Below are positions 39,368 through 48,377 of a stretch of 64,000 nucleotides of DNA, piece after piece (position 1 is the stretch's first letter; every line of letters begins with the position of its first letter). Position numbers and translations under genes: made by a program. Below the pieces are notes generated by a model. It worked only from the letters and a program-made list of their open reading frames with translations, made no database searches and had not been told where the DNA came from. The DNA is taken from positions 1 to 64,000 of the forward strand of contig CAVPVX010000011.1 of assembly GCA_963709345.1 (NCBI GenBank), in the 5' to 3' direction. The DNA is from an uncultured Actinomycetes bacterium. Its GTDB lineage: Bacteria; Actinomycetota; Thermoleophilia; UBA2241.

Positions 39368-39427
39368 GGGCGGTCCGGGTCGGGGGTGAGTGCGGGCGCC
39401 GGTCAAGCGCCGGGCGCGAACGGCACG

Positions 39428-39457
39428 ACCATAACGTAAGTCTTACGTTGACGTCAA
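39428..39457 (-). promoter_or_regulatory. padR promoter TTGACG-18-TATGGT with the same palindrome in its spacer
   Basis: AACGTAAG-T-CTTACGTT at 39433-39449. Confidence 0.7.
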
Positions 39458-39551
39458 AGCGTCGGGACTTCCAGGGTGGGGCGGAGGTCGGCGCCGGTGG
39501 CGACTCGGATACCGGCGCCGGCCGCGACGCGGACCACGGCGGGCCGCCAGG

Positions 39552-40535
39552 TCAGAAGATGAGCGTGCCGAGAAGGTAGACCGCCGCGGCGACGAGGCCT
39601 GCCGCGGGCAGCGTGAGCACCCAGGCCACCATGATGTTGCCGGCGACGCCCCAGCGCACGGCCGAGAGTCTCTGCGTCGAGCCGACGCCCATGATCGCCG
39701 CCGTGATCGTGTGCGTGGTGCTGACCGGGAAGCCGAAGTGCGTCGCGAGTTGGATCACGCTGGCCGCGGCGGTCTCTGCGGCGAACCCGTGGATGGGGTC
39801 GAGCTTGATCACCTTGGAGCCCAGGGTGTGGATGATGCGCCAGCCGCCCGAGTACGTGCCGACGGCCATGGCGAGAGCGCAGGCGAGCTTGACCCACATC
39901 GGGATCTCGAAGGTCTCGACCACGCCGCTCGCGAACAGGGCGAGCGTGATGATGCCCATGGTCTTCTGGGCGTCGTTGGCTCCGTGCGAGAAGGCCATGA
40001 AGCCGGCGGAGATCGGCTGCAGGCCGCGAAACCACTTGTTCACCGGCGCCTGCGACCGCTTGCGCACCAGCCAGATGAGCCCGGTCATCAGCACCCACGC
40101 ACCCACGAAACCGAGCAGCGGGGAGCCGATCATCGGCAGGACGACCTTCTCGATGACGCCGCCCCAGAGCACGCCGTCCACCCCGGCGCTCGCGATCATC
40201 GCACCGATGAGGCCGCCGAAGAGCGCCTGGGAGGAGCTGGAGGGGATGCCGAAGTACCAGGTGACGAAGTTCCAGACCACCGCGCCGACCAGGGCGGAGA
40301 AGATCAGGGGGAGGGTGACGAGCTCGGTATTGACGAGTCCTTCGCCGACGGTCTTGGCGACGCCGGTGTAGAGGAGGGCGCCGAGGAGGTTGAGGCCGGC
40401 GGCCATCATCACGGCGATGCGCGGTGACAACGCGCGCGTCGAGACCGAGGTGGCGATCGCGTTGGCGGTGTCGTGGAAGCCGTTGGTGTAGTCGAAGACG
40501 AGCGCCAGGATGACGATCGCGATGAGAAGGGCCAC
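39552..40535 (-). CDS. Inorganic phosphate transporter, PiT family
   Basis: NGFHDTANAIAT, GIPSSSS, HGANDAQKTMG, PVSTTH. Confidence 0.93.
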   Translation of the reverse strand: MALLIAIVILALVFDYTNGFHDTANAIATSVSTRALSPRIAVMMAAGLNLLGALLYTGVAKTVGEGLVNTELVTLPLIFSALVGAVVWNFVTWYFGIPSSSSQALFGGLIGAMIASAGVDGVLWGGVIEKVVLPMIGSPLLGFVGAWVLMTGLIWLVRKRSQAPVNKWFRGLQPISAGFMAFSHGANDAQKTMGIITLALFASGVVETFEIPMWVKLACALAMAVGTYSGGWRIIHTLGSKVIKLDPIHGFAAETAAASVIQLATHFGFPVSTTHTITAAIMGVGSTQRLSAVRWGVAGNIMVAWVLTLPAAGLVAAAVYLLGTLIF

Positions 40536-40549
40536 GGCCTGCGCTCAGG

Positions 40550-41164
40550 TCAGTTGTGCTTGAGAACGATGCTCTCGATGACGTTGGCGACGTGTTCGCA
40601 CTCATCGATCGCCGCTTCGAGGCTCTCGTAGATATCTTTCCACTTGATGATGTCGGTGCAGGACATGTCGCCGTCGAAGAGGCTGGCGATGGCGTCGCGG
40701 AGGATGCGGTCGCCGTCGTTCTCGAGGCTGTTGATGGCGATGATGCGCTCGTCGAGCCCCTTCGGCTTCTCGAGGTTGTCCATGCACTCCTTGAGCAGCG
40801 GCGTCGCCTTGGCGATGACCCGGGCCTGGCAGTGCGCCTGCTCGGTGATCTCGCCGACCCGGTACAGCACGATCATGTCGGCCGCCGCTTCGATGTTGTC
40901 GAGGATCTCGTCGGTGGTCGCCACGAGGTCGTAGATGTCCTCGCGGTCGATCGGCGTGATGAATGACTTGTTGAGCCGGCGCACGATGTCGTGGACGATC
41001 TTGTCGCCGACGTGCTCGTGTTCGAGGATGGCCGCGGCGATGTTCTTGCGGTCGCTGTCCTCCATGAAACGGACGAGCAGTTGCGCAGCCGCGTCGAGAT
41101 TGGCGGCCAACTCAGAAAACAGCCGGAAGTAGTCGTGCTCTTTGGGGACGAGGCTGAGCTTCAC
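40550..41164 (-). CDS. DUF47 phosphate transport regulator
   Basis: EH.GD, FITPIDREDI, LENDGD, IKWKDIYE.LE.A.D.CE.VA; upstream of PiT. Confidence 0.9.
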   Translation of the reverse strand: MKLSLVPKEHDYFRLFSELAANLDAAAQLLVRFMEDSDRKNIAAAILEHEHVGDKIVHDIVRRLNKSFITPIDREDIYDLVATTDEILDNIEAAADMIVLYRVGEITEQAHCQARVIAKATPLLKECMDNLEKPKGLDERIIAINSLENDGDRILRDAIASLFDGDMSCTDIIKWKDIYESLEAAIDECEHVANVIESIVLKHN

Positions 41165-41447
41165 GAGGGCTCCTTTCCCTACCATGCCCTGTGCCGCGCG
41201 TAATGCTATACGGATTGCCCGGGTGCGCAACCCGTCGGGGCGGCGCCCGACGACCGCTCCGCTCCGTATCGCGTCTCGCCGACGGCGGCGCGACCCCGGT
41301 ACCGTCGGGCTCGCCGAAGGCGCCGCGGTCGCGTTTCCGGACTTGGCAACGGGCCGGGCTAAAGGTCGCGGCCGCAGCAGCCGTTGACGAGGTGGAAGGT
41401 CAACGTTCCGGAGGCGGGCGACCGACGGCGACAAGGAGGTCGTTCAA

Positions 41448-41885
41448 GTGAAGAGACTCATCCCCATCCTGCTGCTGGTCGCGCTGGCGCTGGCCGTGGT
41501 CCCGGTGGCTGCGTCCGCGGGCAACGGCAAGGCGAAGGCGCACGGCAAGGCCAAGTTCAACCTGGTCGGCACGCTGACGGCGGTCGACGAAGCTGCCGGC
41601 GCCGTGACCATCAAGATCAAGGCGGGGACCAGGACCGTCAAGAAGTACCGCGGCGACGAGCTGCCAATGACGGTCGCTTCTCATGCACGCATCCGGCTGG
41701 TGACCGTCGACGGGTGCGTGACGGCTACGCTGGCGGATCTCGCGGCTCTGCCGTCGGGAGCCAGGCTCAAGGCGCGCGGGCGCATCGACCGCAGCGATCC
41801 TTCGGCGCCCTCATTCGTGATCACGTTTCTTCAGGCGAAGGCCCCGTCTCCCGCGTCGGAGCCCGACCCGGCCCCTGTCAAGTAG
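41448..41885 (+). CDS. Secreted hypothetical protein (OB-fold-like)
   Basis: SD AAGGAGG, clear signal peptide, beta-rich body. Confidence 0.65.
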   Translation: MKRLIPILLLVALALAVVPVAASAGNGKAKAHGKAKFNLVGTLTAVDEAAGAVTIKIKAGTRTVKKYRGDELPMTVASHARIRLVTVDGCVTATLADLAALPSGARLKARGRIDRSDPSAPSFVITFLQAKAPSPASEPDPAPVK

Positions 41886-42162
41886 GAGCGAAGTCGGACG
41901 GCGGGCGCGCGACGCCCGCCCTGGAGCCGGGCCTGGAGGCCTTCGACGGGTTCCTGCGGGAGCGGCACCGGCCCCCGCCCCTCCTCCCGACCCCCGTACT
42001 TGCCGCCGCTCCCACCGCCTCGATACTTGGTGCAAGTAACGCGCCGATCTACTTGCTGGACGGCTCCGAGCGGCGGCGCGTATCGTTGCTCAGCATGAGC
42101 CATGCGCCCCGGGCGCTCTTGCGGACGCCCGCGGCGACCAAGCGTCGTAAGGAGGATCCCCA

Positions 42163-42810
42163 GTGTCCGACGAGCTCTACGCACAGATGAAGCAGACCGT
42201 GATCGACGGCGAGGCCGAGGACGCCGCGCGCCTCGCCCAGGAGGGCCTCGACGCCGGCCTGCCCGCCGCCGACATCCTCGACCAGGGCTTCGTCAAGGGC
42301 ATCGAGGAGGTCGGCGACCTCTTCGGCCAAGGGCGAGTTCTTCCTCCCCGAGCTCGTCCAGGGCGCCGAGGCGATGAAGGCCGCCGTGGCCGTCCTGCAG
42401 CCGGCCCTCGACGCCTCCGGCGGCGGCCGCAAGGCGCTCGGCATCGCCGTCGCCGGCACCGTCGCCGGCGACATCCACGAGATCGGCAAGACGATCGTCT
42501 GTTCCATGCTCAGCGCCGCCGGCTTCACGGTCACCGACGTCGGCTGCGACGTACCGGTCGAGACTTCGTTGCCGCGGTCAAGGACTCAGGCGCCGACCTG
42601 CTCCTGCTCTCCGCCCTGCTGACCACGACGATGCCCAACCAGCAGAAGACGATCGAGGCGCTCAAGGAGGCCGGCCTGCGCGACGGCGTCAAGGTGATGA
42701 TCGGCGGCGCCCCGACGACCCGCGCCTGGGCCGACGAGATCGGCGCCGACGGCTACGCCGAGGACGCGATCGAGGCCGTGGCCACCGCCAAGACGATCCT
42801 CGGGGTCTGA
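42163..42810 (+). CDS. Second corrinoid methyltransferase protein (two compensating frameshifts near 42330 and 42565)
   Basis: GF.KGI.EVG.LF, then FFLPEL..GAEAMK..GTVAGDIHEIGK in the shifted frame, then LSALLTTTM, IGGAP.T..WA.EIGADGY. Confidence 0.85.
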   Translation: MSDELYAQMKQTVIDGEAEDAARLAQEGLDAGLPAADILDQGFVKGIEEVGDLFGQGRVLPPRARPGRRGDEGRRGRPAAGPRRLRRRPQGARHRRRRHRRRRHPRDRQDDRLFHAQRRRLHGHRRRLRRTGRDFVAAVKDSGADLLLLSALLTTTMPNQQKTIEALKEAGLRDGVKVMIGGAPTTRAWADEIGADGYAEDAIEAVATAKTILGV

Positions 42811-42843
42811 GGCAGCGCCAGCAGGCCACACGAAGCACGACCG

Positions 42844-42887
42844 CGAGGGGCGGCGGCGCCAAGGCGCCGCCGCCCCTCGCGCGTACG
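42844..42887 (+). terminator. Hairpin downstream of corrinoid gene 2
   Basis: GCGAGGGGCGGCGGCGCC-AA-GGCGCCGCCGCCCCTCGC. Confidence 0.6.
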
Positions 42888-42930
42888 AGGCGCGTGTGAA
42901 CCGGGCTCGCATTCGGTAGAGTGCACCTCG

Positions 42931-44129
42931 ATGGCCGCCGATCACAGCGCATACTTCGAAGAGGTCGAGGCGCGTTTCGCCGCGCGCCCACGACCTCGAC
43001 CTCGGGCTCGAGGAGGAGTTCCAGGTCCTCGACCCCGAGACTCCTGGAGCTCACATTCGGGTTTCGAGGCCCTTCACGACGCCGCGCCTCCGCGACTGCG
43101 CGAGCGCGTCGCCGGTGAACTCCTGCGCTCCGAGATCGAGGTGTCGACGCCGCGCACGCTCCACTTCGGGCAGGCGGCGAAGCAGACTCCTGCTCAATCG
43201 CGCCGAGCTGTTTCCGCTGGCGGACCGGGTGGGCTTCGCTCTGGGCGCCGGCGGCACGCATCCCTTCTCGGCCTGGAAGGACCAGGAGATCATCGACACG
43301 CCGCACTACCGTCTTGTCGAGGAGCGGCTCAAGTACGTCGCCTGGCGCAACAACACGTGGGCGGCGCATGTGCACGTGGGGGTGCGCGGCTGCGACCGCG
43401 CCGTCGCCGTGTGCGACGCCCTGCGGACGTATCTGCCGCACCTGCTGGCGCTCTCGGCCAACTCCCCCTTCATCGAGGACGTGTGGACCGAGCTGCACTC
43501 GGTCGCGCACCCAGACCTTCCTGCGCATGTTCCCGCGCTGCGGCATCCCGGACGTCTTCGGCTCGTGGGCCGAGCACCGGCGCTTCTACGAGGAACTCGT
43601 CGACACCGACTGCATCCAGGAGTTCACGCAGATCTGGTGGGCTGTGCGACCGCACCATCGCTTCGGCACCGTCGAGGTGCGCATCTGCGACGCCCAGAAC
43701 GAGGCCTGGCAGAGTCTCGCGATCTCGTCGCTGACGGTCGGGCTCGTCGCGCACCTCGCGCGCGTCTACGATGAGGGTCATGCCGCTGCCCTACCTCGAG
43801 ACGCGCTACATCGAAGAGAACCTCTGGCGCGCGATCCGCTACGGTCTCGACGGCAAGCTCGTCGATTGGGAGGCGAAAGCGGAGGCTTCCGGCGGCCGAC
43901 GCCGTCCGGCGCCTCGTGGAGCTCGCGGCTCCCTTTGCCGACGCGCATCGGGCTGACGCCGCATCTCGGCCAGGTGGAGCGCATGCTCCGGGAGGGCAAC
44001 GGGGCGCAACAGCAGAGTAGGGCTTACATTGAGGGTGAGAGTCTGCGCGAGGTCTTCGCGGGGACGTCGGGGCGGAGGCTCGCTCCGAGCTCACTCGAGC
44101 CGGCGACCGAGACGCAGGGAGGATCGTGA
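42931..44129 (+). CDS. Glutamate--cysteine ligase family 2 (YbdK-like carboxylate-amine ligase), multiple frameshifts
   Basis: Fragments across frames: LGLEEEFQV.DP, GTHPFS, HVHVG, LLALSANSPF, WW.VRPH.RFGT.EVRICD, ENLWRAIRYGLDG, GNGA..Q. Confidence 0.8.
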
Positions 44130-44154
44130 TGATGACACGACCCGACCCGAGGGC

Positions 44155-44751
44155 ATGACCGACGACGGAGCGCGCCAAGGCCGCCCTCGAACAGCTCAAG
44201 AGCATCCGCGCCTTCGATCTCGCCTACGAGATGATGATCGGTCTCGTCAGCTTCGGCTATCAGAAGATGGGACTGACCGACGAGACCGCGCCCGTGCGCG
44301 ACCTGGACGACGCACGGCTCTCCATCGAGCTGTTGCGCGCGACTCTGGACGTGTCGAGGCGTGAGCACGGCGCCGAGTCGCACGCGGCGACCTGCGCGCG
44401 ACGCTCGCGCAGATGCAGCTGAGCTACGCCCGCGCGGTACAGCTCGCGGGCGCTCCGAGCCGGCCGGCGTCGCACGCGCCGCCGGCGGAGGATGTGTCGC
44501 GGGCAGAGGCCTCGGCGGAGGACGGGCCGTCCCAGGTCGCCGATCCGGATGTGGCGCCGGAGGCGGGGCCCGCGGGCGGCGAGCCGGCGGCGAAGAAGTC
44601 CGCGGTCAGGAAGCCCACCGCGAAGAGGCCCGCCGCCGACAAGGCCGCCTCCGATGGGACGGCCGCGAAGCAGCGCGCGTCCAAGACCGCTCCGAAGGGT
44701 GCGGCGCCGAAGAAGAAGAAGAGGACGGACGCGGCGCCGGACGAGGGCTGA
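44155..44751 (+). CDS. DUF1844-like protein with Ala/Lys-rich tail (frameshifted; start uncertain)
   Basis: KMGL......RDL..AR.SI.LL...; L..L.QMQL.Y in the next frame. Confidence 0.5.
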
Positions 44752-44760
44752 GGCCGCGGG

Positions 44761-45441
44761 TCAGGCGCCGGCGAGCGCCCAGAAACGCGCCTCTTCGAGC
44801 GTCTCGCCGGGCTCGACGACGAGGAACTCCTCGTCGTGGGGCCCGGCGACGAGCTTCTCGAGGAAGCGCAGCGACCCGGACAGGTACTCAAGCGGCAGAT
44901 CGTAGAAGGCGCTCACGGTCTCCAGGTACTCGCGTTTGTCGTCGAGGCCGGGAACGCCGGGCGTCTCGATGACGGCCACGCGCGTGTAATTCTCCATGAT
45001 GAGACGCGCGACGTAGGCGGCCTTCTCCTCGCCGTACTTGGGCACGATCTTCAGGTACTCCTTGTACGGGTCGTCGATGAAGTCGACCCAGCCGCGGGTG
45101 TAGTAGTAGGTGCCCGGCTGGCCGCCGTGCTCCTCGAGGTAGCGGGCGCGAGAGCCGAGCAGCAGCGAGATGCAGTCGTCCACGGCGGGCAGGACGAGCC
45201 GGTGCGATCGCGCCTCGAGGCCCACGGTGCCGTTGCTGCAGCGGCCGCAACAGAGCATGATGTCGCGCTCGCCCGGCGTGCCGTCGATGCGCTCCTGGAG
45301 TGCGCTACGCAGCTTGTCCGGGTAGTCGTGCAGGGCGCCGTCGACGAACTCCACCTCGAGCCCGCGCCCGTCGCGTGCGAGCACGCTCTCGATCTCGTTG
45401 CGGAGGACCTCGCAGCTGACGATCTTCGGTGGCGCATCCAT
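44761..45441 (-). CDS. DUF1638 domain protein
   Basis: I.C.VL..E, LH..P.KL...LQ..I, G.C.NG..GL, DCISLLLGS, GTYY.T.GW, Y.R...I.T. Confidence 0.82.
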   Translation of the reverse strand: MDAPPKIVSCEVLRNEIESVLARDGRGLEVEFVDGALHDYPDKLRSALQERIDGTPGERDIMLCCGRCSNGTVGLEARSHRLVLPAVDDCISLLLGSRARYLEEHGGQPGTYYYTRGWVDFIDDPYKEYLKIVPKYGEEKAAYVARLIMENYTRVAVIETPGVPGLDDKREYLETVSAFYDLPLEYLSGSLRFLEKLVAGPHDEEFLVVEPGETLEEARFWALAGA

Positions 45442-45631
45442 CGGGCCATGGTAACAGGACCATCCGGGTCCTGTCGCCTCGCACGCGCCGGGCGCTCGGG
45501 AGCGCTGCCCGGACGGCGCGCAGGCGTGTGCCTCGTCTTGGCCTGCGGTAGCATGGAGGGCGCGTCTTGCGAAGCACTGCCGGCGCGGGCAGCGGGAACG
45601 GCCCGCCCGCGCCTGACCCGAGGAGGACTCC

Positions 45632-46486
45632 TTGAGCGTGAACAAGCTGCTTGTCGCCGGCGCCGGCCAGATGGGCGCCGGCATCGTCCAGGTTTCGGCT
45701 GTGGCCGGGCTCGACGTGGTGATGATCGACGTCGCCGAGGAGTTCATCGCCCGGGGCATGGCCGGCATCGAGAAGGGCCTCGGCCGGATGGTCGACAAGG
45801 GACGCATGGAGGCCGCCGCCCGCGACGCCGCACTGGCGCGGATCACCACGAGCACCGACATGGCGGCCGGCGCCGACGCCGATCTCTTCGTCGAAGCGGC
45901 GCCGGAGGCCATGGAGATCAAGCAAGGCCTCTTCGAGGCGGCTTCTCGGATCCTGCGCCCGGACGCCGTCATTGCCACCAACACCTCGAGCCTCTCGGTC
46001 AGCGCCCTCGCCGCCTTCGTCTCCGCTCCGGAGCGCTTCGTCGGCATCCACTTCTTCAACCCGGTGCCGGTCATGGCGCTGGTCGAGGTGATCCGCGGCG
46101 AGAAGACGAGCGACGCCACGCTCGCCGTGGCCCGTGCCTACGCGGAGGCGGTCGGCAAGACCGCGATCGCGGTCAGCGACTCACCCGGCTTCGTGGTCAA
46201 CCGCATCCTCTTCCCGATGATCAACGAGGCCGCGAGCGCCTACGCCGAAGGAGTCGCGAGCGCCGAGGACATCGATACCGGCATGAAGCTCGGCACCAAC
46301 TGGCCGATGGGCCCGCTGGCGCTCGCCGACCTCGTCGGTCTCGACACGACCAAGGCGGTGCTGGAGACCTTCGAGCGCGAGCTCGACGACGCCAAGTACC
46401 ATCCGGCCGCGATCCTCGGTGAGCTGGTCGCCGCCGGCAAGCTCGGGCGCAAGAGCGGCGCCGGCTTCTTCGACTACGGGAAGTGA
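45632..46486 (+). CDS. hbd: 3-hydroxybutyryl-CoA (3-hydroxyacyl-CoA) dehydrogenase
   Basis: GAGQMGAGI, TNTSSLS, GIHFFNP.PVM.LVE, PGFVVNR, PMGPL.LAD.VGLD, GRKSG.GF. Confidence 0.9.
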   Translation: MSVNKLLVAGAGQMGAGIVQVSAVAGLDVVMIDVAEEFIARGMAGIEKGLGRMVDKGRMEAAARDAALARITTSTDMAAGADADLFVEAAPEAMEIKQGLFEAASRILRPDAVIATNTSSLSVSALAAFVSAPERFVGIHFFNPVPVMALVEVIRGEKTSDATLAVARAYAEAVGKTAIAVSDSPGFVVNRILFPMINEAASAYAEGVASAEDIDTGMKLGTNWPMGPLALADLVGLDTTKAVLETFERELDDAKYHPAAILGELVAAGKLGRKSGAGFFDYGK

Positions 46487-46493
46487 CGGCGCC

Positions 46494-47021
46494 GTGACTC
46501 CGCCGCGCCAAGGCTACGTCCAGCTCTACACCGGAGACGGCAAGGGAAAGACGACGGCCGCCCTCGGCCTCGTCGTGCGGGCGCTCGGCCAGGGTCTGCG
46601 GCCGGCCGTGCTGCAGTTCATGAAGTCCGATCCCACCTGGGGCGAGATCGTCACGCTCAAACGGCTGGAGGTGCCGGTTCGCCAGTGCGGGCTCGACCAC
46701 TGGGTCTTCAAGGGCGAGGCCTCGGAAGAGGACCTCGCCGCCGCCGCCGCCGGCTTCGACCAGGCGCTCGCTCTCGTCGACAGTGGCGAGTACGACGTCG
46801 TCATCCTCGACGAGCTCGTGACGGCCGTCTTCTTCGAGCTCGTTCCCGTCGAGCGTGTGCTCGCCATGATCGCCGCGAAGCCGCCGGCCGTCGAGCTCGT
46901 GATCACCGGCCGCCGTGCCCCGGAGGAACTGCTCGCGGCGGCCGATCTGGTCACCGAGATGCGCCCCGTCAAGCACTACTTCGATGCTGGGGTCAAGGCT
47001 CGCCCGGGCATCGAGTACTAG
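46494..47021 (+). CDS. Cob(I)alamin adenosyltransferase (CobA/BtuR/CobO type)
   Basis: YTGDGKGKTTAALG, QFMK, ILDE, E.VITGR, ADLVTEM..VKH.F..G..A..GIEY. Confidence 0.92.
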   Translation: MTPPRQGYVQLYTGDGKGKTTAALGLVVRALGQGLRPAVLQFMKSDPTWGEIVTLKRLEVPVRQCGLDHWVFKGEASEEDLAAAAAGFDQALALVDSGEYDVVILDELVTAVFFELVPVERVLAMIAAKPPAVELVITGRRAPEELLAAADLVTEMRPVKHYFDAGVKARPGIEY

Positions 47022-47030
47022 GATGCGCCC

Positions 47031-48350
47031 GTGACGCACACGCTGATCTACCCGCACAGCGCCGCCCACAACGCCGCCGGCCACCTCGAGATCGGCGGCT
47101 GCGACGTCGTCGAGCTCGCCGGCGAGTTCGGTACGCCGCTCTTCATCTACGACGAGCAGACGCTGCGCGACCAGTGCCGCGCCTACCACGCCGCCTTCAG
47201 CGCGCGTACCGACCTCTACGAGATCGTCTACGCGAGTAAGGCGTTCAGCTGTCGCGCGATGGTGGAGCTGGTGGCCGAGGAGGACCTCTCCATCGACGTG
47301 GCGACCGGCGGTGAGCTGGCCGCCGCACGGGCCGCCTCGTTCCCGCCCGGGCGCATCTACTTCCACGGCAACAACAAGTCCGTTGCCGAGATCGAGTTCG
47401 GGCTCGACGCCGGAATCGGTCACTTCGTCGTCGACTCGTTCGAGGAGATCGACCGGATCGAGGCCGCCGCGGCCGCGCGCGAGGCGCGCCAGCAGGTGCT
47501 GGTGCGCGTCACGCCCGGCGTGCGGCCAAGCACGCACGACTTCGTCCAGACCGGCCAGCAGGACAGCAAGTTCGGCTTCGGTCTGGCCGACGGCCGCGCC
47601 GCGGAGGCGGTGCGCCGTCTGCGCGACGCACCTCACCTCGAGCTGGTCGGCGTGCACGCGCACATCGGCTCCCAGATCTTCGAGCTCGACTCGTACCGGC
47701 GTGAGGTCGAAGTGCTGTTCGTCGCCCTCGACGACTGGCGCCGGGAGTTCGGCTTCGAGTGCTGCGTCTTCAACATCGGGGGCGGCCTCGGCATCAGGTA
47801 CACGGAGGCCGACCGGCCCAGCTCTATCGCCGAGTTCGCCGAAGTCGGCGTGAGCGCCGTGCGCGAGGGCGCCGAGCGGCACGGGATGACCATGCCCAAG
47901 CTGTTTGTGGAGCCCGGGCGCAGCATCGCCGGCAAGGCCGCCGTGACCGCCTACACGGTGGGCACGGTCAAGGTCATCCCAGGGGTGCGCACGTACGTCG
48001 CCGTCGACGGCGGCATGAGCGACAACCTGCGCCCGATGCTGTACGACTCCCGTTACGAGGCGATGCTGGCCTCCAAGGCCGAGATCCCGGCGACGGACGT
48101 CGTCACTGTCGCCGGCAAGCACTGCGAGTCGGGCGACGTCCTGGTGCGTGACGTCCACATCGCACCGCCGGAGCCGGGCGACATCCTCGTGACGCCGGGC
48201 ACCGGAGCTTACGGCTACGCCATGGCGAACAACTACAACGCGCAGCCGCGCCCGGCCGTCGTCATGGCCGGTGGCGGCCGCGCCCGCCTGATCATCGAGC
48301 GTGAGACCTGGGACGACGTGCTGCGCCTGCAGCGCCCCCTGGCCCCCTGA
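47031..48350 (+). CDS. lysA: Diaminopimelate decarboxylase
   Basis: GTPL.IYDE, YASKA, FHGNNKS, SKFG, HIGSQI, GGG.G, EPGRSI, DGGMSDN.RP.LY, KHCESGD, GAY..M..NYN. Confidence 0.95.
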   Translation: MTHTLIYPHSAAHNAAGHLEIGGCDVVELAGEFGTPLFIYDEQTLRDQCRAYHAAFSARTDLYEIVYASKAFSCRAMVELVAEEDLSIDVATGGELAAARAASFPPGRIYFHGNNKSVAEIEFGLDAGIGHFVVDSFEEIDRIEAAAAAREARQQVLVRVTPGVRPSTHDFVQTGQQDSKFGFGLADGRAAEAVRRLRDAPHLELVGVHAHIGSQIFELDSYRREVEVLFVALDDWRREFGFECCVFNIGGGLGIRYTEADRPSSIAEFAEVGVSAVREGAERHGMTMPKLFVEPGRSIAGKAAVTAYTVGTVKVIPGVRTYVAVDGGMSDNLRPMLYDSRYEAMLASKAEIPATDVVTVAGKHCESGDVLVRDVHIAPPEPGDILVTPGTGAYGYAMANNYNAQPRPAVVMAGGGRARLIIERETWDDVLRLQRPLAP

Positions 48351-48377
48351 CGACTCACGAGCGTGGAGGACACCACA

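Noticed and set aside
42300-44420. Cluster of frameshifts read as pseudogenes or programmed frameshifting (also pylC, gltX, prmC)
   Set aside because: They are single-base indels without nonsense codons, affect an essential gene (gltX), and are concentrated locally, which fits long-read consensus error.
47019-47033. In-frame amber readthrough fusing the adenosyltransferase to lysA
   Set aside because: The spacing is explained by TAGGAT acting as the -10 of a leaderless lysA (6+6 nt is automatically in frame), and GIEY is the normal C-terminus.
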